Below, piece by piece: positions 6,985 to 14,731 of a stretch of 64,000 nt of DNA (position 1 is its first letter; every line of letters begins with the position of its first letter). The DNA is taken from IMG/VR virus record IMGVR_UViG_3300043449_002191, positions 64,001 to 128,000 of that record; one strand, written 5' to 3'. The notes beneath the pieces were generated by a model. It saw only the letters and a list, made by a program, of their open reading frames with translations, was not told the DNA's origin and did not search any database. Position numbers and translations under genes: made by a program. The stretch comes from a virus.

Positions 6985-7095
6985 TTATTCGCTTTTAGGT
7001 CCTTTTGCGTCAAATAAAAGGACCATCATAATTATGACAAAAGGCCAGAAAAAGACTCCCAGCAAAAAGACTAGACTGAAGGAGGTCACTTCCAT
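6985..7095 (-). CDS. 36-aa membrane peptide
   Basis: MEVTSFSLVFLLGVFFWPFVIIMMVLLFDAKGPKSE; overlaps upstream stop. Confidence 0.5.
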   Translation of the reverse strand: MEVTSFSLVFLLGVFFWPFVIIMMVLLFDAKGPKSE

Positions 7096-7307
7096 TTAGG
7101 TGCCCCTGAAACTTCTTTTAAAAGGTCTTTGCCTTCGTTCACGCATTTATTCATAAGCTCTTCGTTTTCAGTAGGCGAGCTATCTTTTTCAATGACGCAA
7201 TTAGCTATAGAAACGGCACATTCTTCTTTGCTATCTTTTGTGATATATGGACTGTTAAATTGACACAACATGGCAATCACAGTTACTACTTTATCTAGCG
7301 AAACCAT
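7086..7307 (-). CDS. Cys-containing hypothetical protein
   Basis: GGAGGA SD before MVSLDK; four Cys. Confidence 0.65.
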   Translation of the reverse strand: MVSLDKVVTVIAMLCQFNSPYITKDSKEECAVSIANCVIEKDSSPTENEELMNKCVNEGKDLLKEVSGAPKWK

Positions 7308-7308
7308 T

Positions 7309-7527
7309 TTAATCCTCCCACTTATATTTATTTTCAATCCAAGCAAATGCTTCTACCCCATGAGGTATTACTTTAGTCCGAATGGGCGGCGGAACCATCC
7401 CCACCATAGATTCACAATGAGTCAATACAATTTCAGCCAATTCGTCAGAGTTAATATCATCACCTTGTCCTTCAAGGTATGTATCAATTGCCATTTTAAG
7501 CACCTTTAAAGCCTCGTCCCTTTTCAT
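7309..7527 (-). CDS. Divergent orphan member of the MKRSE/GMLPP/WEPEDE family
   Basis: MKRDEAL...VGMVPPP...KWED*. Confidence 0.75.
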   Translation of the reverse strand: MKRDEALKVLKMAIDTYLEGQGDDINSDELAEIVLTHCESMVGMVPPPIRTKVIPHGVEAFAWIENKYKWED

Positions 7528-7625
7528 ATTTGCTCCTTAATTAGGTAAATTATAGACCCAAGCAAGAAAAAAAGCAAAACTATCGTAATTAATAAGCCTG
7601 TTTCAATATTCCTGTCATTTTTCAT
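7524..7625 (-). CDS. 33-aa membrane peptide
   Basis: MKNDRNIETGLLITIVLLFFLLGSIIYLIKEQI; ATGA overlaps at both ends. Confidence 0.55.
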   Translation of the reverse strand: MKNDRNIETGLLITIVLLFFLLGSIIYLIKEQI

Positions 7626-8026
7626 TTTTTAGACTTCTTTTTTAAGGGCTTTCTTGTGTACATTTTCTTTTTAGAGAAAAGGCCAATATCATCAAATTTA
7701 GAAACTGCCCATAATAATGTATTGAGATCAGCAATTGTACAAAGAGGTAATTCAATCTTTTTCTTTTCATCAAAAAACTTTATTACGCAGCCGCCATCAA
7801 AATTCTCAAAAGATACAATAGGCTTATTTCTCAGGCGCTCAGTCCACTGGTCGCCTTTAGCAATAAGAACAAATTTTGTGTACCAGCCCTTTTTGTCCTT
7901 AACGCCCTTGACCTTAAAAGTTGTAGAGTATTTTAATCCTGCTAAATCTTGAGACTCATCAATCATAGCCTCAAAAAACTTTTTATCAAGCTTTTCATGA
8001 CGAGCTTTAATTAAATTTTTTTCCAT
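7622..8026 (-). CDS. Basic hypothetical protein
   Basis: AGGAG SD before MEKNLIK (8026); the track extension runs into the structured RNA. Confidence 0.7.
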   Translation of the reverse strand: MEKNLIKARHEKLDKKFFEAMIDESQDLAGLKYSTTFKVKGVKDKKGWYTKFVLIAKGDQWTERLRNKPIVSFENFDGGCVIKFFDEKKKIELPLCTIADLNTLLWAVSKFDDIGLFSKKKMYTRKPLKKKSKK

Positions 8027-8043
8027 ATATTCTCCTAAAAAAG

Positions 8044-8234
8044 TGAGAGGGCCGGACGCTACTCCGACTATGCCGTTCATTGTGCTTGTGCGACCACAAC
8101 TATCGCTTTGATGTTATCGCTACTTCGTAGCGGCGAGGCCCCAGCCGCTATTAGTGCGTGTCTCCAGTGGCCCTTGTTTCAGGTCTTTCTAATCGGAACT
8201 ACCGACTTCCACAGCTTTCCACGCCGCTCTCTCA
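8044..8234 (-). ncRNA. Candidate tRNA-like structured RNA (~190 nt)
   Basis: Terminal stem TGAGAG/CTCTCA abutting hairpin GTCGGA-GTAGCG-TCCGGC; GCGTG/CACGC stem; TAGCGGC/GCCGCTA hairpin; GC-rich in AT-rich context. Confidence 0.65.
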
Positions 8235-8247
8235 ATAATATAATATC

Positions 8248-8466
8248 TTAAAATTCTTTGCTAAGATAATACTCAGTATATGCAATTTCTCGGTCTAAAG
8301 CCTCTTTACACTTGTTAGATCCACAAGTTAAACTAAATAAAACAGCAGCTTGACCAGCAATAAAGGATTCTCCAATAACTCGTTCTACGGTTTTATTGCA
8401 ATAGGCGCAATTCATATTTGTTACGGGGTTAATGCCAACGGGTAGTATTACTAGTTTATTGTCCAT
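8248..8466 (-). CDS. Small zinc-finger protein
   Basis: CAYC...CGSNKC; GGAGGA SD before MDNKL. Confidence 0.7.
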   Translation of the reverse strand: MDNKLVILPVGINPVTNMNCAYCNKTVERVIGESFIAGQAAVLFSLTCGSNKCKEALDREIAYTEYYLSKEF

Positions 8467-8485
8467 AAAATCCTCCATAATCCAT

Positions 8486-8513
8486 AAATACCATAAGTTT
8501 TATGTAAAGTCAA
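8486..8513 (-). promoter_or_regulatory. Sigma70-like promoter
   Basis: TTGACT-N17-TATTTA with TG extension, upstream of the leftward accessory genes. Confidence 0.55.
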
Positions 8514-8547
8514 TAAAATATTTCGACTAAAGTCCATATAATTGAAT

Positions 8548-8576
8548 AAAAAAAGCCCCCTGGGGCTAAGGGGGCT
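8548..8576 (-). terminator. Intrinsic terminator
   Basis: AGCCCCCT-TAGCCCC-AGGGGGCT-TTTTTT on minus strand. Confidence 0.8.
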
Positions 8577-8644
8577 AAAAAAGGAGGGGCAAGACCTTTT
8601 ATATTATTAGGGGGTATTTCCTAAACAAATTATACCTCAAAAAC

Positions 8645-8655
8645 CCTAATCTTTT
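8645..8655 (+). promoter_or_regulatory. Putative late promoter CCTAATCTTTT
   Basis: Variant of a motif repeated before structural/lysis genes; ends 4 nt before ATG 8660. Confidence 0.65.
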
Positions 8656-8659
8656 CAGT

Positions 8660-9010
8660 ATGAACGATAAAAAACTTTTAGATATTGCAAAAAGAATTTT
8701 AGAATTGGCCAAGAATACGCCTGAAGTACTTGAAAGCACTGAGCTTTCTAAAATGGACCCTTCTAAAAAATATTTGCGTATCCGCCAAGATTGGAATACT
8801 GAGTATAAGCAAGGTGGTAAGCACTATAAGCTTCCGTTTAATACTTTGACTCATATCAATCAGTTGCCTCAAATTGATGCACATCACCAAGGCAAAAAAG
8901 TTTGGCAAGAATCTAGTACTCCCGACAAGAAGTGGGGAGAAGAAACTTATGAGATGCTACCGGAAGGCTCTTTAAAACTTGTTGGCGCTAACTACGACAC
9001 TAGTGGTTAA
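8660..9010 (+). CDS. Putative late/internal virion protein
   Basis: Follows late motif; ELSK-M motif at ~aa 28-32. Confidence 0.65.
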   Translation: MNDKKLLDIAKRILELAKNTPEVLESTELSKMDPSKKYLRIRQDWNTEYKQGGKHYKLPFNTLTHINQLPQIDAHHQGKKVWQESSTPDKKWGEETYEMLPEGSLKLVGANYDTSG

Positions 9011-9012
9011 TA

Positions 9013-9023
9013 CCTAATCTTAT
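9013..9023 (+). promoter_or_regulatory. Putative late promoter CCTAATCTTAT
   Basis: Exact motif ahead of the tail-gene block. Confidence 0.75.
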
Positions 9024-9089
9024 TATTGAGTTCCTGCTGTCAGAAATGCCAGTAGCTTTCGGCCAAATGTCCGTAAGGTAGGAGAAAAA

Positions 9090-9740
9090 ATGGCTTTAAA
9101 TAAGATAGACGTTCTAAGTCTAGGTCGTGGTAGTTTAAAGGATAATAGTAATTCTATTATTGCCTTTTCATCCAACAGTGAAGTTCAAACTTGGTCCAAT
9201 ACTACTACGTATGCCCAATACAATGTTGTTGAGCATTCAAGCAAAATCTACAGATCTAAAGTTGCATCCAATTTAAGCAATACTCCTGACGCATCCCCAA
9301 ATCAGTGGGAAACTCTTTATTCAGACCCAAAAGACGGTGACATCTGTTTCGTGATCAACGGAGCAAATTCTAATATTATGCAACGTGCTAATAGCGTTTG
9401 GGTTAAATATAGAGAAACAAAAATTCAAATCACTTTAAATGATGGTCAAATTTTACCTGCCGCTATTTTTACATACATTGGCAGTACTAACTATTTTTCT
9501 ACATTAGAATATACAATTAAAAGAGGTGCTGGCCACAATAGAAAAAGGGCTGGCACTATGAAGATCTTAAATGATGGCTCTAGTGATGTGGCCTATGATC
9601 ATGAGTTCACAGAAATCGGCGACGATGTTGATACTTGGATTACTCCAGTTATCTCTGGCGGAACAGTCCAGTTACAATACACATCAGGCTTTGAAGGCAG
9701 CTCAATCCAACTTGAATATAAACTTACAGGATGGCAATAA
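9090..9740 (+). CDS. Virion structural protein with CBM5/12-like carbohydrate-binding module
   Basis: WSNTTTYAQYNVVEHSSKIYRSK...TPDASPNQWE pattern; beta-rich C-terminal domain. Confidence 0.7.
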   Translation: MALNKIDVLSLGRGSLKDNSNSIIAFSSNSEVQTWSNTTTYAQYNVVEHSSKIYRSKVASNLSNTPDASPNQWETLYSDPKDGDICFVINGANSNIMQRANSVWVKYRETKIQITLNDGQILPAAIFTYIGSTNYFSTLEYTIKRGAGHNRKRAGTMKILNDGSSDVAYDHEFTEIGDDVDTWITPVISGGTVQLQYTSGFEGSSIQLEYKLTGWQ

Positions 9741-9955
9741 TGAACGAGCAAATCCTTAGAGAGCAGATTATTGAACTTACAAAGCTTTTAGAGCTTAAAG
9801 ATGCTAGAATCAAAGAATTAGAGGTCTTAATGACAATGCCTTTTTCTTTAGTTCCTACGGTTTCTAGCAATACAGTTATTATAACCGATGCAAATCAAAC
9901 ACAAAACTCATGTGATTGTTATAAAAAACAGGGAGTAACTAATGACGGACTATAA
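9740..9955 (+). CDS. Small coiled-coil protein
   Basis: Heptad LREQIIELTKLLELKDARIKELE; coupled to neighbours. Confidence 0.6.
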   Translation: MNEQILREQIIELTKLLELKDARIKELEVLMTMPFSLVPTVSSNTVIITDANQTQNSCDCYKKQGVTNDGL

Positions 9956-12900
9956 AACTCCACAACCATTAAATCAAGGTAGCGTAAAGCTATCTGAAGT
10001 ATCAATGGATACAGCTAGTGATCTATTGCAATCTCCTATCCACGATTCAGCCCTAAAAGTTACCGAGCAATTACTCAAAGTAACTGCTGACCTTTTAAGA
10101 CGACAGAGTTTTTTCTTGAGATCTGAAGGTCAAATGAAATGGGACGGTAACACTCTATTTTTTGACGAAAGCTCTATTGCTAATAATATCGCATTAGATA
10201 TTCTTCAAACAGAAAACAGTTCTCAACCAATTATCTCTATTAAAATGAATGGAGCTACTTCTGCTCCAGCTGTTGAGACAGAATTTAACTCAATTGCATT
10301 AGCTGATGGCGAAATGCTTTACCTTGAATTGGACCCAGCTATTGTAGCTGCTGCAGGTACATTACTTACTATTGAAAACAGTGTAGATTTTCCTTTGAGT
10401 GCCGCTGCTGGCAAAAGATTAGTTAGAACTACTATTGCTGCTGGTTTACCTACAGCCACAAGTCCAGTTGATCAGACTCCAGATCCAACTCCTGCCTCTA
10501 CTACTTATTATTTGCCGCTTGTAGCTAGAAGAGGTTCATACTTACAGTGGATTCCACACGGTATTTCTTGGCCAGCAGGTACATCTTCTCCTTTGGGTGC
10601 AGTTATCGTTGAAGGTTTCCAGGCTTATCCAGACCTTTTTGCAGATTCTTTTTTACAATTTACTTCTAAACTTATAGCGTTAGATGCTTTAGGCGGAGGG
10701 GTTCTTCTTTTAACTAACTCATTCGGTATAAGCGCATCAGTCACTATCCCCTCAAATGTCACTGTCTTAGGGCGTGGCGCTAAAACAGTTCTTACTGTAG
10801 CTGCTGGCGCTCAGATCATTATGAGCGAAAACTCTACTTTAGAAAATCTTAAAGTTGCAGTTGCATCAGATTTTAGTGGCGATGCTATTCATATGCTTGG
10901 AAGTAAAAGAGCTAAGCTTAAAAATGTCGTGGTAGACGTTTCTGCTGCAGTAGATCAGCCGCTTGAAGAAACTATTACATATAACGCTGCAGCATCGGTA
11001 TCAAATAAATTTGGCAGTACAGTTCTTGCTTTACTTGCTCTTTCTGATGGTAGTGTAATTTTAGGCGGTCATTTTACCAATTATAATGGTACAGCTGGAT
11101 TAAATTACTTAGTTAAACTTAACTCAGACGGAACACCTAATACAACTTTTAATACAAATGCTTCTTTAGGCTCTAAGTTTAATAATAGCGTATATGCTTT
11201 GTCTGCTTTATCTGATGGAAGCATTTTAGTTGGTGGATCTTTTACCAATTATAACGGGCAAAATGGTTGGAATAATTTAATTAAATTGTCGTCTACAGGA
11301 ATTGTAAATTCCACATTTAGTTCAAATACTTATCAAAAAATTCAACCAGTATCAGACTCAATTTCCTCTTCTATAAGATCAATTGCAGTAGACTCGTCTA
11401 ATAATATTTACACCTCTGGACAATTTAGTTTTATAAACAATAGCGATCAAGGCAGCACTACAACAGGCCCAATTACAAAAGATTCTTTTGGTAATTTTTA
11501 TTTTATAGGTAATAGTGGTATTACAATATATAAAACAGATGTGAATCGTGTAACTACTGTTTTTGCTTCTGGATTTACTGCCGCCATGGGTATTACTATT
11601 GATTCATCTGATAACCTTTACGTTTCTGATGCTGGAGCCCACGTAATTAAAAAAATTACCTCTGCTGGAGTTGTTTCTATTTTTGCAGGTGCTTCTGGGG
11701 TATCTGGATATGTAAATAATGCAAACCCTTTACTTGCTAGATTTAATGGTCCAAGGGGACTGTATGCTGTTGGTGTTGATGACGTATATGTGGCAGATAC
11801 TAGTAATCATGTTATTAGACGTGTCACTTCTGTCGGAGTAGGCACTGCTGTTGGTGCTGCTGCACCTACAGTAGCTTCTGGATATGTAAATAGTTCTACA
11901 AGTACTTCGGTTAGGTTTAATAATCCAAGCGGTGTAGTGGTTATTCCTGGTATGACTACGTATATGTACGTAACAGATACTAGTAATCACGTTATTAGAC
12001 GTACAAGCACATATATGGGATCTTCAATTACAACAACTGTTGCAGGTGCTGCTGCACCTACAGTAGCTTCTGGATATGTAAATAATGCCACAAGCACTAA
12101 CGTAAGATTTAACACTCCTCTTGGTATTGTTTTGGATTCTTCTGTTTCTCCTTACCAACTATATATTACTGATTCTAATAATTATGTTGTTAGAAAAATT
12201 GATCTTAGTACAGGAGCAACAACAACTCTTGCAGGTGCCGCTGCATCTACAGTAGCTTCTGGATATGTAAATAGTTCTATAAGTACTAATGTAAGATTTA
12301 GCTACCCATATGGAATTACGCTTTCTTCTGGCAGCCTTTATGTTTCAGATGGATCTGGTGTAATTAGACAAATTTCTACATCTACAGGAAGTACTATTAC
12401 TTATTCGGGGAATTTAAATGGGTATGTTTACAGAAATCTTGTAAAATTAAGCTCTGCAGGGGTAACAGACGCTACATACTCTACAAATACATCTTCGGGC
12501 GTATCATTTAATGAGTATATCAATGCATCTGCACTAGACTCATCAAATAATCTTTATATAGCCGGAAATTTTTCTGATTACAAAGGTGTGTCTGGAAGAA
12601 GCAAGCTTATAAAAGTAAATTCCAGTGGCGTTTTAGATACCTCATTTTGTGCAAATGCTTCAGATTCAAATAAATTTAACGGATCATTGCAATCAGTGGC
12701 AGTTCAAGCAGATGGAAAATTATTAGTCGGTGGATATTTTAGCGACTATGATGCAGCAACTGTAGATAATTTAGTTAGATTAAATGTCGATGGAACCGCT
12801 GACACATCTTTTTATACAAATGCTTCTATTGGTTCTAAATTTACAGGATATGTTAATGCGATTAAAGTCCAATCTGACGGCAAGATCTTAATTGGCGGAG

Positions 12901-13319
12901 CATTTTTAAATTATGATACAACTACGGGAAGAGACTTTCTTTTGAGACTTAATTCTAGTGGCTCATTAGATTTAAGTACATCTAATCCAACTAGCCAAAA
13001 TTTTTACACTAACGCAGTTGATGGCGGAAAATTAAATAATGCAATTTATTCTATAGGACTAAGTTCCAGCAATAATATTTTATTAGGCGGAGATTTTACT
13101 AATTATTCAGTAGCCGGACTTAATAGATATGCTTCAATACTGCCTTATGGAACTACCCTTGTAAATGCTGTTAATGTTACTGGGATAAGAGTTGAGTCTA
13201 ATAATTGCAGAATGTATGAATGTTGGTTTAAAGGTGTTTCTAGTGCCGTTCAAAGGCTTGGTATTAACTATGTGGCTGGATATACAGATAATGCTGATGT
13301 TGACAGCTTATTTGAATAA
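9942..13319 (+). CDS. Tail fibre/receptor-binding protein with beta-helix, delta-60-like and NHL repeats
   Basis: Repeats (L/Q)xDGxI(L/I)xGGxFxxYxG...LVxLNxDGT; NHL-type RFNxPxG...YVxDxxNHVIR; beta-helix-like SVTIPSNVTVLGRG. Confidence 0.85.
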   Translation: MTDYKTPQPLNQGSVKLSEVSMDTASDLLQSPIHDSALKVTEQLLKVTADLLRRQSFFLRSEGQMKWDGNTLFFDESSIANNIALDILQTENSSQPIISIKMNGATSAPAVETEFNSIALADGEMLYLELDPAIVAAAGTLLTIENSVDFPLSAAAGKRLVRTTIAAGLPTATSPVDQTPDPTPASTTYYLPLVARRGSYLQWIPHGISWPAGTSSPLGAVIVEGFQAYPDLFADSFLQFTSKLIALDALGGGVLLLTNSFGISASVTIPSNVTVLGRGAKTVLTVAAGAQIIMSENSTLENLKVAVASDFSGDAIHMLGSKRAKLKNVVVDVSAAVDQPLEETITYNAAASVSNKFGSTVLALLALSDGSVILGGHFTNYNGTAGLNYLVKLNSDGTPNTTFNTNASLGSKFNNSVYALSALSDGSILVGGSFTNYNGQNGWNNLIKLSSTGIVNSTFSSNTYQKIQPVSDSISSSIRSIAVDSSNNIYTSGQFSFINNSDQGSTTTGPITKDSFGNFYFIGNSGITIYKTDVNRVTTVFASGFTAAMGITIDSSDNLYVSDAGAHVIKKITSAGVVSIFAGASGVSGYVNNANPLLARFNGPRGLYAVGVDDVYVADTSNHVIRRVTSVGVGTAVGAAAPTVASGYVNSSTSTSVRFNNPSGVVVIPGMTTYMYVTDTSNHVIRRTSTYMGSSITTTVAGAAAPTVASGYVNNATSTNVRFNTPLGIVLDSSVSPYQLYITDSNNYVVRKIDLSTGATTTLAGAAASTVASGYVNSSISTNVRFSYPYGITLSSGSLYVSDGSGVIRQISTSTGSTITYSGNLNGYVYRNLVKLSSAGVTDATYSTNTSSGVSFNEYINASALDSSNNLYIAGNFSDYKGVSGRSKLIKVNSSGVLDTSFCANASDSNKFNGSLQSVAVQADGKLLVGGYFSDYDAATVDNLVRLNVDGTADTSFYTNASIGSKFTGYVNAIKVQSDGKILIGGAFLNYDTTTGRDFLLRLNSSGSLDLSTSNPTSQNFYTNAVDGGKLNNAIYSIGLSSSNNILLGGDFTNYSVAGLNRYASILPYGTTLVNAVNVTGIRVESNNCRMYECWFKGVSSAVQRLGINYVAGYTDNADVDSLFE
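11853..12272 (+). repeat. Three ~40-bp near-identical intragenic repeats (11853, 12045, 12234)
   Basis: GGTGC(T/C)GCTGCA(C/T)CTACAGTAGCTTCTGGATATGTAAATA encoding GAAAPTVASGYVN. Confidence 0.9.
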
Positions 13320-13328
13320 GGAGATTTT

Positions 13329-13673
13329 ATGCCAAAATTAGGTGGAGATTCAAACGCAATAGGTAAGGATCTGAATCATGCGTATAAAGCGCCTACAGAT
13401 TTAAGTTCTTCTACCGTTATTGATTGGGATGAAAACTCAATATTTTTTAATACTATTAGCGCAAATAAGACTTACACTTTTTCAAATATGGTGGAAGGTC
13501 AAACAATAGTTTTTATAGTAAAAAATACTGGAGCTTCAGCTATAACTTTGACATTCCCGACTTTAGTCAGTATTTACTTTGTTAATACAGTTCAGCCTGG
13601 AAAAGAAAATATTTACACATTTCTTAGATGCAATAGTAAAACTTATGTTACCGTAATTGATGGGATGGCCTAA
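13329..13673 (+). CDS. Tail fibre-associated protein
   Basis: IDW...TISANKTYTFSN..GQTIVFIVKNTG...TLTFP pattern typical of phage fibre domains. Confidence 0.7.
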   Translation: MPKLGGDSNAIGKDLNHAYKAPTDLSSSTVIDWDENSIFFNTISANKTYTFSNMVEGQTIVFIVKNTGASAITLTFPTLVSIYFVNTVQPGKENIYTFLRCNSKTYVTVIDGMA

Positions 13674-13675
13674 TA

Positions 13676-14713
13676 ATGATGATTCCGTTTTCTAATATGG
13701 CTAGATTTTATCAAACTAATGGATCTGATGGTAATCTTGTCGTCAGTTCTGGGACAACTATTATAGCAGCTGGTAGTATAAAAAAATACTTATCTATTAA
13801 TATAGCTGCAGGTGCAACATTAGAAATTACAGGGTCTGGCTCAGAATTAACCCAAATTGGCTGCAGAAGAGAGTTCATAAACAACGGGACTATAAAAGTT
13901 AGGAATACTACTACAGGATATTCTTCTACTACTGTTACTCCAACTGTAGCTCATGCTTATAACATTACTCATAGTTTAGTTCAAAGTAGTGGCGGTTCTG
14001 GCGGTCAAGGTGGTTCTAGTTACGATAGTGGTAATGCTGGTGGTGGTAGTCAATCGAATGGCAATGGCGGTGGCGGTGGCGGAGGCGGTGCTTACAGACT
14101 TGAGAAAGCTTGCGGTGTTTGCCCTTGCGATTCTCATGCTGCATCTATTGGTGGCGGTGGCGGAGCTGGTGGTAACGATGGTGGTACTGGCGGAAATAAT
14201 GGTTATGCAGGAGGAATTTCGAATGCCCTTTCCCACTCTTCTGCTGGTGGTGCAGGCGGCGGTCCTGGTGCAGGAGGGGCTTCTCCTGGCGGAGGCGGAG
14301 GCGGTGGTGGTGCTATAAGAAGCGGCAACTGTAAATCCGGCAATGGCGGAGGCGGAGGCGGTGGTGGTGCCCGTGGTAAACATGGTGGAGCAATACTTTT
14401 ATTTCTAGAAAGCTCTATTTCTGGTACTGGCATCATAAATGCAGACGGCGATGCTGGTGGTGCAGGCGGTAATGGAGGCAGTCAATCGAGCTATGCTGGC
14501 AGAGGCGGAGGCGGAGGCGGCGGAGCAGGTGGATCTGGTGGAACGGTTGTTATTTATAAGCAATCATTAGAATCTGCTCCAAACTATTCAGTATCTGGTG
14601 GATCTGGTGGATCTGGTGGAGTTAGTAGTGGAACTTATGCTACAAACGGCGGTGCTGGTGGAGTCGGATCAACAGGAGCTGCTTATATAATTAATATCTT
14701 AAATGGAATTTAA
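13676..14713 (+). CDS. Glycine-rich tail fibre tip protein
   Basis: Extensive poly-Gly tracts, GGGGGAGGSGGTVVI motifs; Cys-rich insert ACGVCPC. Confidence 0.75.
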   Translation: MMIPFSNMARFYQTNGSDGNLVVSSGTTIIAAGSIKKYLSINIAAGATLEITGSGSELTQIGCRREFINNGTIKVRNTTTGYSSTTVTPTVAHAYNITHSLVQSSGGSGGQGGSSYDSGNAGGGSQSNGNGGGGGGGGAYRLEKACGVCPCDSHAASIGGGGGAGGNDGGTGGNNGYAGGISNALSHSSAGGAGGGPGAGGASPGGGGGGGGAIRSGNCKSGNGGGGGGGGARGKHGGAILLFLESSISGTGIINADGDAGGAGGNGGSQSSYAGRGGGGGGGAGGSGGTVVIYKQSLESAPNYSVSGGSGGSGGVSSGTYATNGGAGGVGSTGAAYIINILNGI

Positions 14714-14731
14714 GTAGGTAAGAGGTAAAAA

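Noticed and set aside
8044-8234. Canonical tRNA or tmRNA
   Set aside because: No TTCRA loop, no CCA, no clear 7-nt anticodon loop; too short for tmRNA with no evident tag ORF. Kept only as tRNA-like.
11853-12300. Tail-fibre repeats as DGR or invertible segments
   Set aside because: Direct, in-frame NHL blade duplications; no inverted sites, invertase or RT.
13976-14436. Pro-rich, Thr-rich and Val-rich ORFs
   Set aside because: Alternative-frame shadows of poly-Gly codons in 13676..14713.
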